From Catajapyx aquilonaris (lineage: Eukaryota): a stretch of DNA of 63,435 nt. Location of the stretch: assembly GCA_000934665.2 (NCBI GenBank), contig KZ538865.1:1-63435 (forward strand), written 5' to 3'. A program made the position numbers and the translations under genes. A model generated the notes under the pieces. That model did no database searches, was not told the DNA's origin, and was given only the letters and a program-made list of their open reading frames with translations. Of the stretch, positions 50,341-63,435 are shown one piece after another; the stretch's first letter is position 1; each line of letters begins with the position of its first letter.

Positions 50341-52021
50341 TAGAGGCGGTTTTAACTGGGCGTTAAGAGCTAACGACAGTTTAAGTGGCTTGACCAGTCA
50401 AATGAGTCTCGCTAACCGCCAACTGCTAGCACCAGTCCACTGGAAGTTTCCATGGGCCAAAATGGCTGCCTGATTCAGACGCGATTTTTGCGTGTTGGCA
50501 GAAGCGACACGTCACTTCCTACCCGTCGAGAGAGAGAAAAAGAAACGAGGGTTTAGGTGGGAGGAGGGGTGGGCGGGGGCTCATGAAATTGGCCAATGTC
50601 CAAAGCCTTGTCAGAGGTTATCCCCAGCAGTCGTACCCAAGTGTGTCAAGTGGGGGATCGAACCAATGCGGTTTCTGTCCGGGGATGGAGAGAGGAAGAA
50701 CCTGCTCAGGACGATCCAGAGAGAGAGGATAGATCCGGCCTAACTGACCATTATCGTTACCTAACGGACGGAAATAGAATCCGGCCACCGTGACCTACGC
50801 TACTAATGTAATATGACTCTTCTGCGCAAAATAAATTAAAAAAGGGGTTTGGTTGGTCGGTCAGTGTTATACGTTATATTGGAGCAGGGGCCAGCCTTAT
50901 ATGGAAGAAAGGTATTATGGGCAATGTGACCGTCTTGGAGGAAAGAAATATAAGGCCAGCGTTACGTTACTCTGGAATGGAGATCAGCGCCTTACGTGAA
51001 AGGTCAACGCAAAATGTGACTGCTAGGAGAAAAGAAATAAGTAGCCTACACGTTACGTTCAGTAAATGGAATTATAATACGTTACGTTTAGTAAAATGGA
51101 ATCAGTCCTCCGTTACGTTATAATGAGACTAGCGAACCATTTGCCAAAATTCGGCACAACTGACATTATAAACAATGGTATAACAGGTTTCCATAAAAAC
51201 CAAACATGAACGAACAGGGAACAAACTTAGCCTTTTATACTAACGGAGATAAGCCTGCGTTACGTTCTATTTAAAGTTGGAATAGGTCAGGTCAAAATCT
51301 TCGCGGCTTACTAAGAGGCGTTGTATACGCTTTTGGCGACAAATCCGCGGATGAGCGTTACGTAACATTGTCTGATGCAGTGCGTTACATGCCAACGTTA
51401 CGTAACTCTGACGTCACCACATATGCAATAACTGTGATTTCTTTTTTTCTTCATTTTTTTGTGTGTGTGGAGTTGTTTGAATGTCCAATCACAGCACATG
51501 CTATGAGTAATGTTGGATGATTGGTGACGAGTATGCTGTGCCGCACAGTGCTGGTGGATTTTGGGGGAAGGGGGGCGAATAGGGGGTGGGTGGGCCAAGC
51601 AAGGCCCCAAATTTCGATTTTCCCACTTGGAAAACGGGGTCGAGGTCGGCCGGGAGAGAGGCAGCAGCAGCAGCAGCAGGCAGTGGTGGGTGGGCGGGTG
51701 GGAGGGGGTGGAAAAAGAAGGAATGGGCGAGCCCAGCTGGAGCTTCAGAGGGAGGGAGGGCGGCCCCTGGGCCAAATTTCTCAGGTTCAGGTTTTTAGGT
51801 GGCTTTGGCCCCTACTGGATGGATGATGTATCGCCGCTGCAGGCATGGCGCTGTATCGATCCTCTGCATATAACCCTACAGAGGGGGGGTTGTCTGTCAG
51901 TCCCTTTTGTGGGTCCCTCTGCAACATTGACCTGAGCTGCAATTAACCAGGTCAAGGTTTGGAGGTCAGAGGCCGGCCCTACACGAAAAGGAGGTCAAAA
52001 CCTCAGCTATTCGCACAATAA

Positions 52022-52500
52022 TCTTGTCATCTATGTATAAAATGGAAAGTTTGTTTGTTTGTTTGTTCATTGTGCAACGAGTTACCATGGACTCTCCACA
52101 TAATCCTGTCTTCTACGTATATAAAATGCAAATAAGTTTGGTTGTTTGTCCATGGCAACGAGTTACCATGGACTCTCCACATAGTCTTGTCATCTACATG
52201 TATAAAATCCAAATAAGTTTGGTTGTTTGTCCATTGCAACGGGTTACCATGGACTCTCCACATGATCTTGTCATCTTCATGTATAAAATGGAAAGTTTGT
52301 TTGTTTGTTTATTGGGTGCAACGAGTTACTATACGGACTCTCAGCATGATCTTGTCATCTACATGTATAAAATGCAAATAAGTTTGGTTGTTTGTCCATT
52401 GCAACGGGTTACCATGGACTCTCCACATGATCTTGTCATCTTCATGTATAAAATGCAAAGTTTGTTGGTTTGTTTGTCCATGGCAACGGGTTCCCATGGA
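52022..52500. repeat. ~81-bp minisatellite, 6 units
   Basis: Unit tcttgtcatctacatgtataaaatg...gtttgtccattgcaacgggttaccatggactctccacatga. Confidence 0.9.
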
Positions 52501-53629
52501 ATCAAACCGTGGAAACAGCTGGCCATGTGAAGAAGGGGCTCCGCTGCTTAGTTGGTGCTGCTTGCAAGAACATCCGAAGCATGATGCCGACAGAAATATT
52601 GTTTACCCCCCCCCCTCCCCCCCAGCACAAAACTTGGCAACACTGCGCAACCGAGTGCGCACCACAGTTCGCGCAGAGTGCACGGCTGGCTTTATCAGTG
52701 TGATAGTTGATGAGCCCTCTGCGCACAGTGCGCTGTACTTATTTCCAACACTACGCTTGGAGGGAGGAACAAAATGGCCGACTTTTGCGACGTTGCCGAA
52801 GCCCATGGAAAGTTACTACGGCAAAGTTGTTATCAGAATGGAGCTGTGCGATTGTGGGTGCGCACTCAGTTTTTTCTATCGTACCAAATCTCTCAAATAT
52901 ATGTCACACTACTGATGACTCACCCCGGACCGACAAAGGCACAGACCTTGCCAATTATAATATGTGATTAATTGACACTGCTAGCTGCATCCAGTCCTCT
53001 ATCTGCGACTGTTTATAATAAGTTTAATCGAGGACAATACGTACACTCTTGTTATCTGAACCCCCCGACTTGCCCTGATTTCATTATTTCGGCTTCAAAA
53101 AGGGGTTGGATACCTTGTTAGTCTTGCTCCAACCTTTTGTAGTATTCCCCCCCCCCCNCCCCCCCTCCCGCCGTGGCCAATCAGACCTTAAGCTCATTTG
53201 TGTCTGTTGTGCTTCGGATACACAAAAAGGAACCTGGAGGGAAAGCCTCCCACTTTAATTGTTTGCCCACCCACCCACCCAGGTGCCAACCCCCTACCTC
53301 TGCAGCATCGCCTGTGCATATGCAACATCAACAACTATAGAGAATGATGATGAAGGCAGCAGTCTACAGACATTCGCATCTTTATTATTTGCTGAAAGAT
53401 TCAAACACGTATTAAAATAAATAGGTGCTACAAAATGTCATCAACTAAAAGCAAGGAGGAGAGGTTAAGCGTGACGTATGCGTGACGTGACACAATTATT
53501 TTGTTGAAATATTTGGTTCATAATCATATACATATAATTGACTCGCTGTGACTCTGTTGACTCTTTGGGGTGAGTCATCTACTCCACTGAGCTAGGTTGC
53601 GTGTAATATTATTAAACAGAAATAATAAA

Positions 53630-54350
53630 TGTTTATAAAATAACGACATAAAATAATATGAAAGTAATTATGTAATATGAAAATATGAAAGTAATTGTGT
53701 AATATGAAAATATGAAAGTAATTGTGTAATATGAAAATATGAAAGTAATTGTGTAATATGAAAATATGAAAGTAATTATGTCATATAATATAACATATAA
53801 AGTATAAAGTAATTTAATATAACATATAAAGTATAAAGTAATATAAAATAATACAAAGTATAAAGTAATATAAAATAATACAAAATATAAAGTAATTCAT
53901 TGTTGAAACATTGTTGAAATAATCTATGCTACGGTCTTACTTAAGGGCTATCGCCCTTAAAATATTATTTAAAATATAAACTATAATACAAAATATAAAC
54001 TAATGTCAAGCTAATATAAACTAATATCAAGCTAATATAAACTAATACAAAATATAAGCTAATATCAAGCAAATATAAACTAATACAAAATATAAACTAA
54101 TATCATTTAAAATATAAAGTAATGTCAAATGTAAACTAATATCATTTAAAATATAAAGTAATATCAAATATAAACTAATATAAATATAATGTAATATAAA
54201 ATATAATATAAAATAGTGTAAAATAACAAAATATGAAAATAATGTAAAATAAAAAATAACGCAAAATAATATCAAATATAAATTAATACAAAAAATAAGG
54301 ATATAATATAACTGAGCATAAATAATGAATATATAAATGAAATTTTAAAT
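53630..54350. repeat. AT-rich minisatellite / low-complexity DNA (similar arrays at 11095-11490, 55240-55515, 59050-59490, 62300-62760)
   Basis: Short-period A/T units visible directly. Confidence 0.85.
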
Positions 54351-56592
54351 AGAATAGGAGTAAATTTCCCCCTCGCATGACCCTGAGAGGGGCAGTAGTG
54401 TGCCATCTGTGTGAGCGGTATGGCACTGCGTGGACAGTCGGAGGTCTGGGCAGTGTTGCCAAGTTTTGGCAACAGGTTTATACTAACTCGTGTGAACGTG
54501 TCCCTCCTTGACCCACAAATTGTGTCACTTGATCGAGTGTGTGTGGGTTGGAAAGTAGGTAGAGCCAGCTAAGTCCAGTGGGAGCCACAAAACGGCCAAT
54601 AATGACATAAATCAGGTGTCCCGAATTGAAAGCTTTCGTGCCAGAAGCTTCCTATACTTACACTCAGACCACGTTCTTTCTTTCTTCATCTTTCTAGAAG
54701 GAAAAGTGAGGGTGGAAGGAGGAGGTTTTGTATCGAAAAAAAAAAAATCATTCAAAAGGCGATTGGGCGGGGCCTAATAATGTATGGGGGGGTTGAGAGC
54801 ACTGAAGATTTATGAACCGCCTAAACAGAATTGCTGATCATAAATCATGCCGTTTCTCAGCTTGCACTGAAAAAATTATTATTGGCAACCTGGTATGAGT
54901 TGAAGGAATTTCTTACCTGGGAGAGGTAATATCGGCATGTTATATGGGCTGTAATAAATAACTGTAAGTAAGCGCACCACCGCTGAATATTTATTGTATT
55001 GCAGGAACGGAAACCATTATTTTAATTACAATTTACTAATTATTTTCTAATAAAATGTAGACTATGTGAAATTTTATAACAAAACAATAAGTCAATTGTA
55101 ATTTTAAAACAACGATTTATTTGTAATGTGTCCTCTTAATAAGACCAAAGAGTCTGAACACATGTAGCAAAACAAACGAACGAACGAACAAGTAGAATGA
55201 GTAAAAGGTTAATTATTAAATTAATAAATAATATTCATCGATTAAGAAAATGCACGAATTGATTGATTAAGAAAATACATAAATTGAATAAGATAATACA
55301 TGAATTGATTAAGAAAATATATAAATTGATTAAGAAAATACATGAATTGATTGATTAAGAAAATACATGAATTGATTGATTAAGAAAATACATGAATTGA
55401 TTGATTAAGAAAATACATGAATTGATTGATTAAGAAAATACATGAATTGATTGATTAAGAAAATACATGAATTGATTGATTAAGAAAATAGATAAATTGA
55501 TTAAGAAAATACATACCGGTATAATAAAGTAGAGATATGAAAATAAGAGTAATTATTCAGTTACTGTCACGAAATATGAATATATTAGCCGAGATAATAT
55601 AATTATTATCAACCATGTAGCACGTGTAATGGTCGCAATAAATAACTTCCTTTTTTTAATTTCAGAGGGATCCGAACCGGGAGCCCTGCAACGAGCTCTC
55701 CAAGGTCAGCCAAAATCCGTTCCCGGGTCATTGTGTAAGTACCCAAATTTTCGCGAATGTCTCCATTGTGGGGGGTAAAAATGAGACCTTTGCTTGCGGA
55801 AGGTGGCGTGGACTGAAAATAAATGGGCAAGGAAAAGTTGNCCCCCCCCCCCTCCCATTCCAACCCCCTCCTCAAGGCTCGACGTGAGTTGCCTTCCAGA
55901 AAACCTCCTCCACCCTACCACCACCCCCCTGATGCCTGCAGACCAAATGAGGCCACATTAGTTTCTCCATCTAAACGGGTCATCTTGCTTCCCCACAGAC
56001 TCTAAGGGATAGAATCGATTCCTATTTTTTTCCTCTCTCGCTTTTTTTCCCCTCCCCCATCTTCGTTGTCGTTGTCGCCGCATCCGGAGTAGGAAATGTA
56101 CAAGGGGGATCTAACATGGGAGATTAAGCTGGTATTGATGGGCCTGCGAGCAGAGTATCTTTCTCTGGAGGCTTCATCCTGACTCTCCAGGGCAACCCTT
56201 CAGCCTCTCTTGTTCGTTGGGTCGTCTAACTTACAGGATGAAACTCCTTCACAATATTTGGCGTGTTGTGCTCGAGAAGCGATTCGAATCCTTGCGTTGT
56301 GTGTATACAAGCATTCCGATTGGTCCCCGTCTATTGTCACCGCAAAGCTTCCCATTGGTCCCCGTCTATTGTTACCGCGAAGCTTCCGATTGGCCCCCGT
56401 GAAGTGCATGCGCAATGGGTGGGAAAATTCCTCAGTCGCGAGCTGGCTGTCGACGAGTTAACATCGCGTGTCGTCTCTCCTGTCACCTCAACTCAGGTTG
56501 TTGGCCAGATGGCACCACTGTGAAGTTGTTGACAGGGTCAGTAAACAGTTGAGTTCATGGATCTCACTAATCGGGCCGTTCGAAGACCATAG

Positions 56593-56926
56593 CAGGCTAC
56601 ATAAGAGGCGAAAACTTCTGTCGGCGCCTTTGAAGTTCGCGTCTTTCTGTTTGGGGCCATTTTTAAGTGTGGGCAACGCCAACAAGGTATAAATAGGGTA
56701 CATGCAAAAATAGGGTCCGCCATCTTTGCTGGTTTTGGCGGCCATGGGAACTACATGGCAACGACAGGCGCGAATCAAAGATGGCGGACGATATTTTTGC
56801 CTGTACCCTATTTATACCTCGTTGGCGTTGCCCCCACTTCAAAATGGCCGCCAGCCTTGGCAACGCCCCAAACAGAGAGACGCGGAAATCGAATGTTTGC
56901 GCCTCCTATGTAGTATAGGCTTCCTG
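56593..56926. mobile_element. Family H, second copy
   Basis: Colinear with 23957-24307; exact 7-bp TSD accatag at 56586-56592 and 56927-56933. Confidence 0.8.
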
Positions 56927-57485
56927 ACCATAGAATGCGATTAACAATATGGCCTCCAACTATTCCGCAGGCCTAGAAAAAAAAGGGAGCGAAGCGAGTG
57001 ACTTTCTAGGCCTTCGCCCTATAAAAATGCGAGCTAAAGCCAGGGTGTTTCTAGTACATTACATATTTTAAAACTGAATTAATTGGAAGTATCGTAGGTT
57101 GTGCTTAAAATGGTAAAGTTCACACTGGTTAATCTTACTAACGAGCATACATACATGGTACTGTACATATAAATAGCATGATTACAGGCTGATGCGTGCG
57201 TGCAGCTCTCACTTTCAAAAACAGGTTGCGTGAGGGTGCAAACCTCCTGATAACCCCCGTTGTTTTTTTTCATACTGCTCCAGATTTACGGGCCGTTTCT
57301 TCGAAAAACTTTTTAAGGACCCCACCGGCAGTCTGCCAAACTCTGAACAACCGGAGAAAATATCATCCGTCATAACCCGATTGCCTTACAGAGTCCAGTT
57401 CAATCGGGAGTGCAAGTTGCCAATTGTTCACCCCCCAGCAACCGATTTAATTGAAAACAGATAATAATCTCTCTGTAGTATATAA

Positions 57486-57798
57486 CTAGCTGCCATACCA
57501 GGCGTTGCTCGGGAAGAAATGAATAGAAAGCAAGCTGAAAAGGACAGAAAAAAATACATGTAATTATTAAGAATATTAATTAAAGGAAGGCCGGGTCGGA
57601 AGGACGGGAGAGGGTTGGAGGTGTAGGAGGCGGACCACGGATGGCAGGCAAGTGACGGTCGGCGTTCCAGGCGGGAGAGGGTGTAGGTGTAACAGGCGGC
57701 CCACAGATGGCAGCCAAATGACGGTTGGCGCTCCAGGCGGACAGACAGGCAGACAGGCAGACAGATCACAAACGACTTTATCTCTCTGTAGTATATAA
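57486..57798 (-). mobile_element. Diverged Helitron of the H1 family
   Basis: CTAG end with ccaggcgttgctcggg hairpin, cacagatggca/gacggttggcg internal motifs and (caga)n microsatellite shared with H1. Confidence 0.7.
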
Positions 57799-60106
57799 TA
57801 GGCAATGCTTGTTTGTTTGTGTGTGTGTGCTATTTAACGCACTTCCAGACTACTAATAGTGTTGAAAATTGTCTGGAATGGAATTTAATAAAATTAAGAA
57901 TTAAATTGAAAATCAAATTTAATCGGGAATTAAAGTGAAAATTTAATTTAATCGAAAATTAAATTGGAAATTAAATTTAATCGAGAATTAAATTGAAATA
58001 AAGATAGGTAATAACATTCAAATTAAAGTCCGGCAATAAAATTAAAATGCAAATTGTGTTGCCTTTATTTAGAAGTATAATAATGAGAGTTTAGGCAAAT
58101 CCGACCCGCCATCTATTGAGGGCCCGGATATCAATCCAATCCAGACGGACTCCTCTCCCTTAATCCTTCTCTTTTCCTCCTCCAGGAAGAAGAAGGATAA
58201 AGGGGGCGGTGTTAGAAATAATGGGGAAAGTAGTGCGTGGCCTGAGGAAGATGGAAAACGGGGAGTCTGGCACTGACGAGCAATAAGCTGGAAAAAGTTT
58301 TGGGAGACGGGGTGGCTCCTAAAGCACAGACTTTTCTTCTTTAAAAAAAAAAAACACGATTTTTTTTGGACCAGGTCCCAAGGTCCTCCATTGGAAGGGG
58401 GGCTGGAAAGAGAGCCAGTTGGCTAGTGCCTTGCATCCTTTCCACCACACCGACTTGCTTCTAATTAAAACGGAGACAAAAAAAAAAATACAAACATGGC
58501 GGAAGGTTGAAAAGCGTGTCAGGAGAGCTGGAAAATTAATTTTTTAGTNNNNNNNNNCCCCCCCCCCCCCCCCTCGAAATGGCTTCAAAATGGAGCAATT
58601 TCATGGATTCAGACGAAATAAAAAGGGTCTGATCGATTCTTCCCTCTCCTTTCCCCCCCTTTATTTTTTGTGTAAGAGGCAATGATGCCTGTGATTAGAA
58701 TCGATAATTACTTGGCAGACTTGTCCTTTAAATGTCTCCGGAGGTCTCTTGTGATGTTTTTAGAGAGCCACACAGACTGGAAAAGGCTATTAAAAGGGTA
58801 GGCGACACCTGCTGAGGTCTGCTGGGCGACTATATTATACTGAATGTCTCTGCGGTTTTGTGGTATTTCCAACCCAGATATTACACTAACCGTCAGTTAA
58901 CCACACTCTCCGTCGGTTAAGTCATCGTTTAAACATGCTTATCAAATTTCATAAAATTTATAAAACACTGCGAATATTAAAATTATTTTCTTCCTTAAAT
59001 GTGGAGAGTAGAAAGTTTGAACTTAACCATTAATCAATCCAATCGTAAATATAATAAATATATTAATAATATTAATAATAACTTAACAATAGTAATGATA
59101 TCGATAATATCGATAAAATGAAATTCATAATATATTAATATCGATAAAATGAAATTCATAATATCAATAATATCGATAATATTGATAAAAATCAATTCAT
59201 AATATAATAATATCGGTTGAAATAAATTAACAATATTTATAATATTTAATACTAAATTACTAATACCAATAACATTTAATAGTATTGATCATATTAAAAT
59301 CATAAATTAAGAATAATATTGGAATAATAAATTAACAATAACATTGAAAATAATAAATTAACAATAACATTGAAAATAATAAATTAACAATAACATTGAA
59401 AATAATAAATTAACAATAACATTGAAAATAATAAATTAACAATAACATTGAAAATAATAAATTAACAATAACATTGAAAATAATATTATTAATACCGTAA
59501 CAACATTGGTTAGGTTAGCCCTTATTAAATAAATTAAACTTCGTAAAAAAATTAAAAATAAATACCGATAGTAAATGTAATTGACTTGGGTCTGAGACTC
59601 TGTTTGTCCACATAGGTCTCGCACGACCCTGAGAGTGGCAGTAGTGTGCAGAGATGGCGCCATACATGTCAGGGATATGGTACTACGGTTGATTCACCTT
59701 CAAATGGTTCATTGGGTGAACAATTGGCTCTGGATTTGCGTATAGACATCGGGAAGTGACGTCACGCAATATTCCGGGAGCCCGTTTCTAATTTAACTAG
59801 CGGCATTTTATTAAATGCGCATCGCACCGTGTGTGTAATAATGCCCTGTTACGTGTCCGGTGTCGAAATAATTACCTGCGACTGTTGCAAGCCCACGCTT
59901 GTCCCGTATATACACGGGGCAACTACGCTTAATTAGCATGGGCAGAAATGCAATTTTGCACTGCGTCTGTGAGACTCTTCTACCTAGCTCTAATGGGGTT
60001 AGTCAACATGCCCGTTGATTGTCGGCGGAAAGGCCCCTCCTCGCTGCTGAAAAGCGCCGAAAGAATTGTGCCCATTAGACCAGCAGCGGATTATGGTCAA
60101 GCTGCT

Positions 60107-60273
60107 CTGCCGTCAGATGTAAGAAGACCGTAACTCAAAAACTAGTAAGGGTGAATGTCGCATGCACGCCCTGCACAAATCCCCTCTGAGTCAGGGGGGA
60201 TTAGTGCAGGGCATGCATGCAACTTTCACCCTTACTAGTTTTTGAGTTACGGTCTTCTTACATCTGACGGCAG
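60107..60273. mobile_element. Near-perfect hairpin MITE with 4-bp TSD
   Basis: ctgccgtcagatgtaagaagaccgtaactcaaaaactagtaagggtgaa inverted exactly at the right end; tgct on both sides. Confidence 0.75.
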
Positions 60274-60499
60274 TGCTATTAACAAATCGCACTAATAACT
60301 AATGGCCGCTATTTAGCTCACGTTATCCGTTCGTCGAATAAGTCGCTGCTACTTTTTAAATCGATTTGAACACTGAGCTAATCGCTATTTACGATCACTG
60401 TTCTAAATAGCGCATAAGATCCAATAGTGTTAATGTGATAAACCAACCGTTGCGTTGTCTTAGGATAAATGGAATTAACTTCCTCAGGTTTAATTTCTA

Positions 60500-60972
60500 A
60501 TGGTTAGTTGTTGGTTAGGTCAAGTTAGGTTAATCTTAACCTCTGAGTAGGTTATCTCGCCTAACCTCACCTAGCCTAAAACTACCTTCAAATTTAATTT
60601 CTGGTGGTCCGTTGGTTAGGCTAGATTAGGCCACCTTACCTTTGGTTAGGTTAGCTTACCTTATTTGGTCACTTTACCTTTGGTTAGATCAGCTTGCCTA
60701 ACCTAACCTTAAGTTCCTTCCTCGAGTTAAATTTCTGATGTAGTTTGTTAAGGTAGGTTAGGTTAGGCAAGCTAATCTAACCAATGGTAAGGTGATATAA
60801 CCTAACCTAACCTAACCAACAAACCATGTGCATGCTAGGTTAGGCTAGGCTATGAGATTTTGCTAGGTTAGGTTAGGTTAGGTTAGGTTAGGTTAGGTTA
60901 GGTTAGGTTAGATCGCCTTGCCTTTAGATTGGTTGTGTTAGGTTGTCTAGCCTAACCTAACCTAACCTAACC
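60500..60972. repeat. Interstitial (TTAGG)n/(CCTAA)n-rich tract (also 16297-16358, 17200-17375, 34763-34810, 37262-37365)
   Basis: Runs of the arthropod telomeric pentamer in both orientations. Confidence 0.85.
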
Positions 60973-62297
60973 TGCACATGTTAAAACCATGAAGGTCACG
61001 TGACTGTAAGTGAGGGAAGCGGAGTGAGGCATAAAAGAGTGACGAATTGGTCTGGCAACTCTCTTCTTCCTCCCCTTCTTCAAACTCCTGCAACTTGTAA
61101 TTGTGGGTCGGACCTGAATGCCTAAAAACCCTGATGATCAGACGATTGGTATTCAAGGAATGGGCTTACACTCTCCAAAAAAAAAAATCCGACGGAGACT
61201 TTCCAGGCGAAAAAGGATGGGGAGGGGGGGGGGAGGCTGGTCTGAAAGGAATGGACCAATCACAGCCACTCTTATCCTGCTCGACGATGCAATTTACTGT
61301 GGGTGGCCCTTCAAGAATATCGCAATCCGACGGAGAAAGAGGCGACTCTCAACCGAACAATCGCATACTATATAGACGGTTTCTTTTAAACGAACGCAAA
61401 CCGAGTGCGCACCACTGTTGGCGCACCGTGCACGGTTGGCATTACCAATGATTTTGGTAAGCTCTCTAGTGGGTGTACTGCGCTACACTTATTTCCAACG
61501 CTGCATTTGTTTGATTGCAGGTTTTGCCAAATTTTGACAACGGGCTCACTAGTTCGTCTATAGCTGATGACTCGCCGCGGACAGATACCCGAGCCACTTT
61601 TCATTTCATCCTGATAAATCCGTGCGTTCTCCTCTCTCTCTCTCTGTTGGACGTTGCTCAAGATGCCAATGTCCTGGGGTTACGTCAGTGTCCTTTGGGG
61701 ACTATATGTCCCTCCCAGCTCCGACCGGAAATGAAGATGGAACGGAGATGAGGGAATCGGACATATCCTGTGCAGTCGTGACTCTCGAAGATACTTTTTT
61801 ATTGCCGAGAGTCGAAATGGGAATGACGTCACACTGCCCCCGTGTGGTCACGCGAGCTGGGGTCTTCCGGCGATGTCACGGCACACAGAAACCCTCTGAT
61901 ATATTCCTCTCTTTCCCATCCAAAAAGCCAATCATGGGAGAGGCCAGGTAGAAAGAGAGTGAGAGAGAGAAGCGTGGTCTGATTCACCAGGGTTATGCAG
62001 CAGGCCCCCTGCCCCTCATCTACACATCACGGCTAACGCCCCTTTAACCCAGGACAGTGTAGCAACGGCTGTGCAAAAACTAATAAAGTATGTAACGAAA
62101 TACGTAGGAAGCGGTCACGTCAACACCTTCGTGTCAGTTGGATTCATATATGACTCAATTCTGCAATACGACAAATTAAATACGACGTATTAAAGCATGA
62201 GCATGCTTTAATATTGCAGAATTGAGTCATATGCATCCAGACCAAAATCCCTTAGGCGAGCACTTGCTTAAGGGATTTTGGGCTGGATGCATTTTTA

Positions 62298-62350
<53 letters not shown>

Positions 62351-62358
62351 TGATGATG

Positions 62359-62411
<53 letters not shown>

Positions 62412-63435
62412 AGTAATAATAATAATAATGATAATGATACTAATAATTTTAATAAACTAATACTAATGATAGTAATAATAATAATAATAATACTAATAAT
62501 TTTAATAAACTAATACTAATGATAATAATAATAATAATAATAATGATACTAATAATTTTAATAAACTAATACTAATGATAGTAATAATAATAATAATGAT
62601 AATGATACTAATAATTTTAATAAACTAATACTAATGATAGTAATAATAATAAACTAATACTAATGATAGTAGTAATAATAATAAACTAATACTAATGATA
62701 GTAGTAGTAATAATAAACTAATACTAATGATAGTAGTAGTAATAATAATAATACTGATGATGAAGAAATTGACAATACTTGAGAGCAGGCAAAATGTGCA
62801 ATAATTTTAGCAAAATATATTAATAATGAAATAATAACAATTTTAAATAAAGTGAGCGATTAAAATAAGGACAATAATTAATATAAATTATGAACATAAT
62901 ATATCAAAAACTTTCCCTTCAGTAAAAAAAAGAGAAGTAAGACCTCCGCCGCGGAATAAAAGTATTGAAACAAGGCAGGCGCACGTAAGACCTTCACCAA
63001 TTGATTTAAGCTGTACCATAAGTCTTACTCAAGCAATTACCAATTTACTACTCATGAAATCTCCTTTCTGAAACAAATCTTTGGAATTTCTGTCGTACTA
63101 CTAGTTACATCTAACTTAGCAGTACCAGTGTAGTGCAATGGTACTGCTAAGTTAGCAGTATTAATTTTCCATGAGCCACTCCATATTAGTGTTTTATGAA
63201 ATTAGGAACTTCAATATTAAGCACATTGAATTTCTTTGCTATTAGTGAGAATTATTGCCATGAAACATTTATACAGAATCGTCAACTCTTTTAGATGCTG
63301 ATTTTAACTCTAACATTTAATTTTTCACATATAAACGCTAATTGGTGAATTTTAGAGGGTCTTTTTCGATTGGACCAAGTCTGTTAGGATGGGTTTAGTT
63401 TTTCCCCAATTTTTTTCCTTTCAGAATAAAATCCT

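Noticed and set aside
52024..52530. 168-aa repetitive ORF
   Set aside because: Artefact of an ~81-bp (3n) minisatellite
60840..60972. True telomere or chromosome fusion point
   Set aside because: Tracts are short, degenerate, dispersed at five sites and embedded in ordinary intronic or intergenic DNA

Overview
Eukaryotic, very probably arthropod, genomic DNA (spliceosomal GT-AG introns, (TTAGG)n tracts, N gaps at G/C homopolymers). One gene dominates: the 5' ~60% of a minus-strand K+-dependent Na+/Ca2+ exchanger (NCKX/SLC24, most like Drosophila Nckx30C). Five phase-consistent coding exons can be assembled by hand (47538-47218, 41253-40738, 13692-13434, 10551-10274, 1136-986; 1525 nt, about 508 codons). 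The C-terminal half (alpha-2 repeat) lies beyond base 1. The introns (about 6, 27, 2.9 and 9.1 kb) and the upstream 16 kb are full of short non-autonomous elements: TA-target Tc1/mariner-type MITEs, non-autonomous Helitrons, a tRNA-derived SINE with a 17-bp TSD, TIR elements with 7-bp and 4-bp TSDs, a piggyBac-like end, foldbacks and minisatellites, often nested. I found no CRISPR array, rRNA, genuine tRNA or intact transposase, and no clearly new multi-gene system. The best leads are candidate frame-preserving cassette or micro-exons in the NCKX cytoplasmic loop (especially a His-rich 102-nt exon), a tandem array of CTCF-like motifs, a possible recursive splice site, and an exon-like segment on the opposite strand. 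All calls were made by eye; no searches were run.
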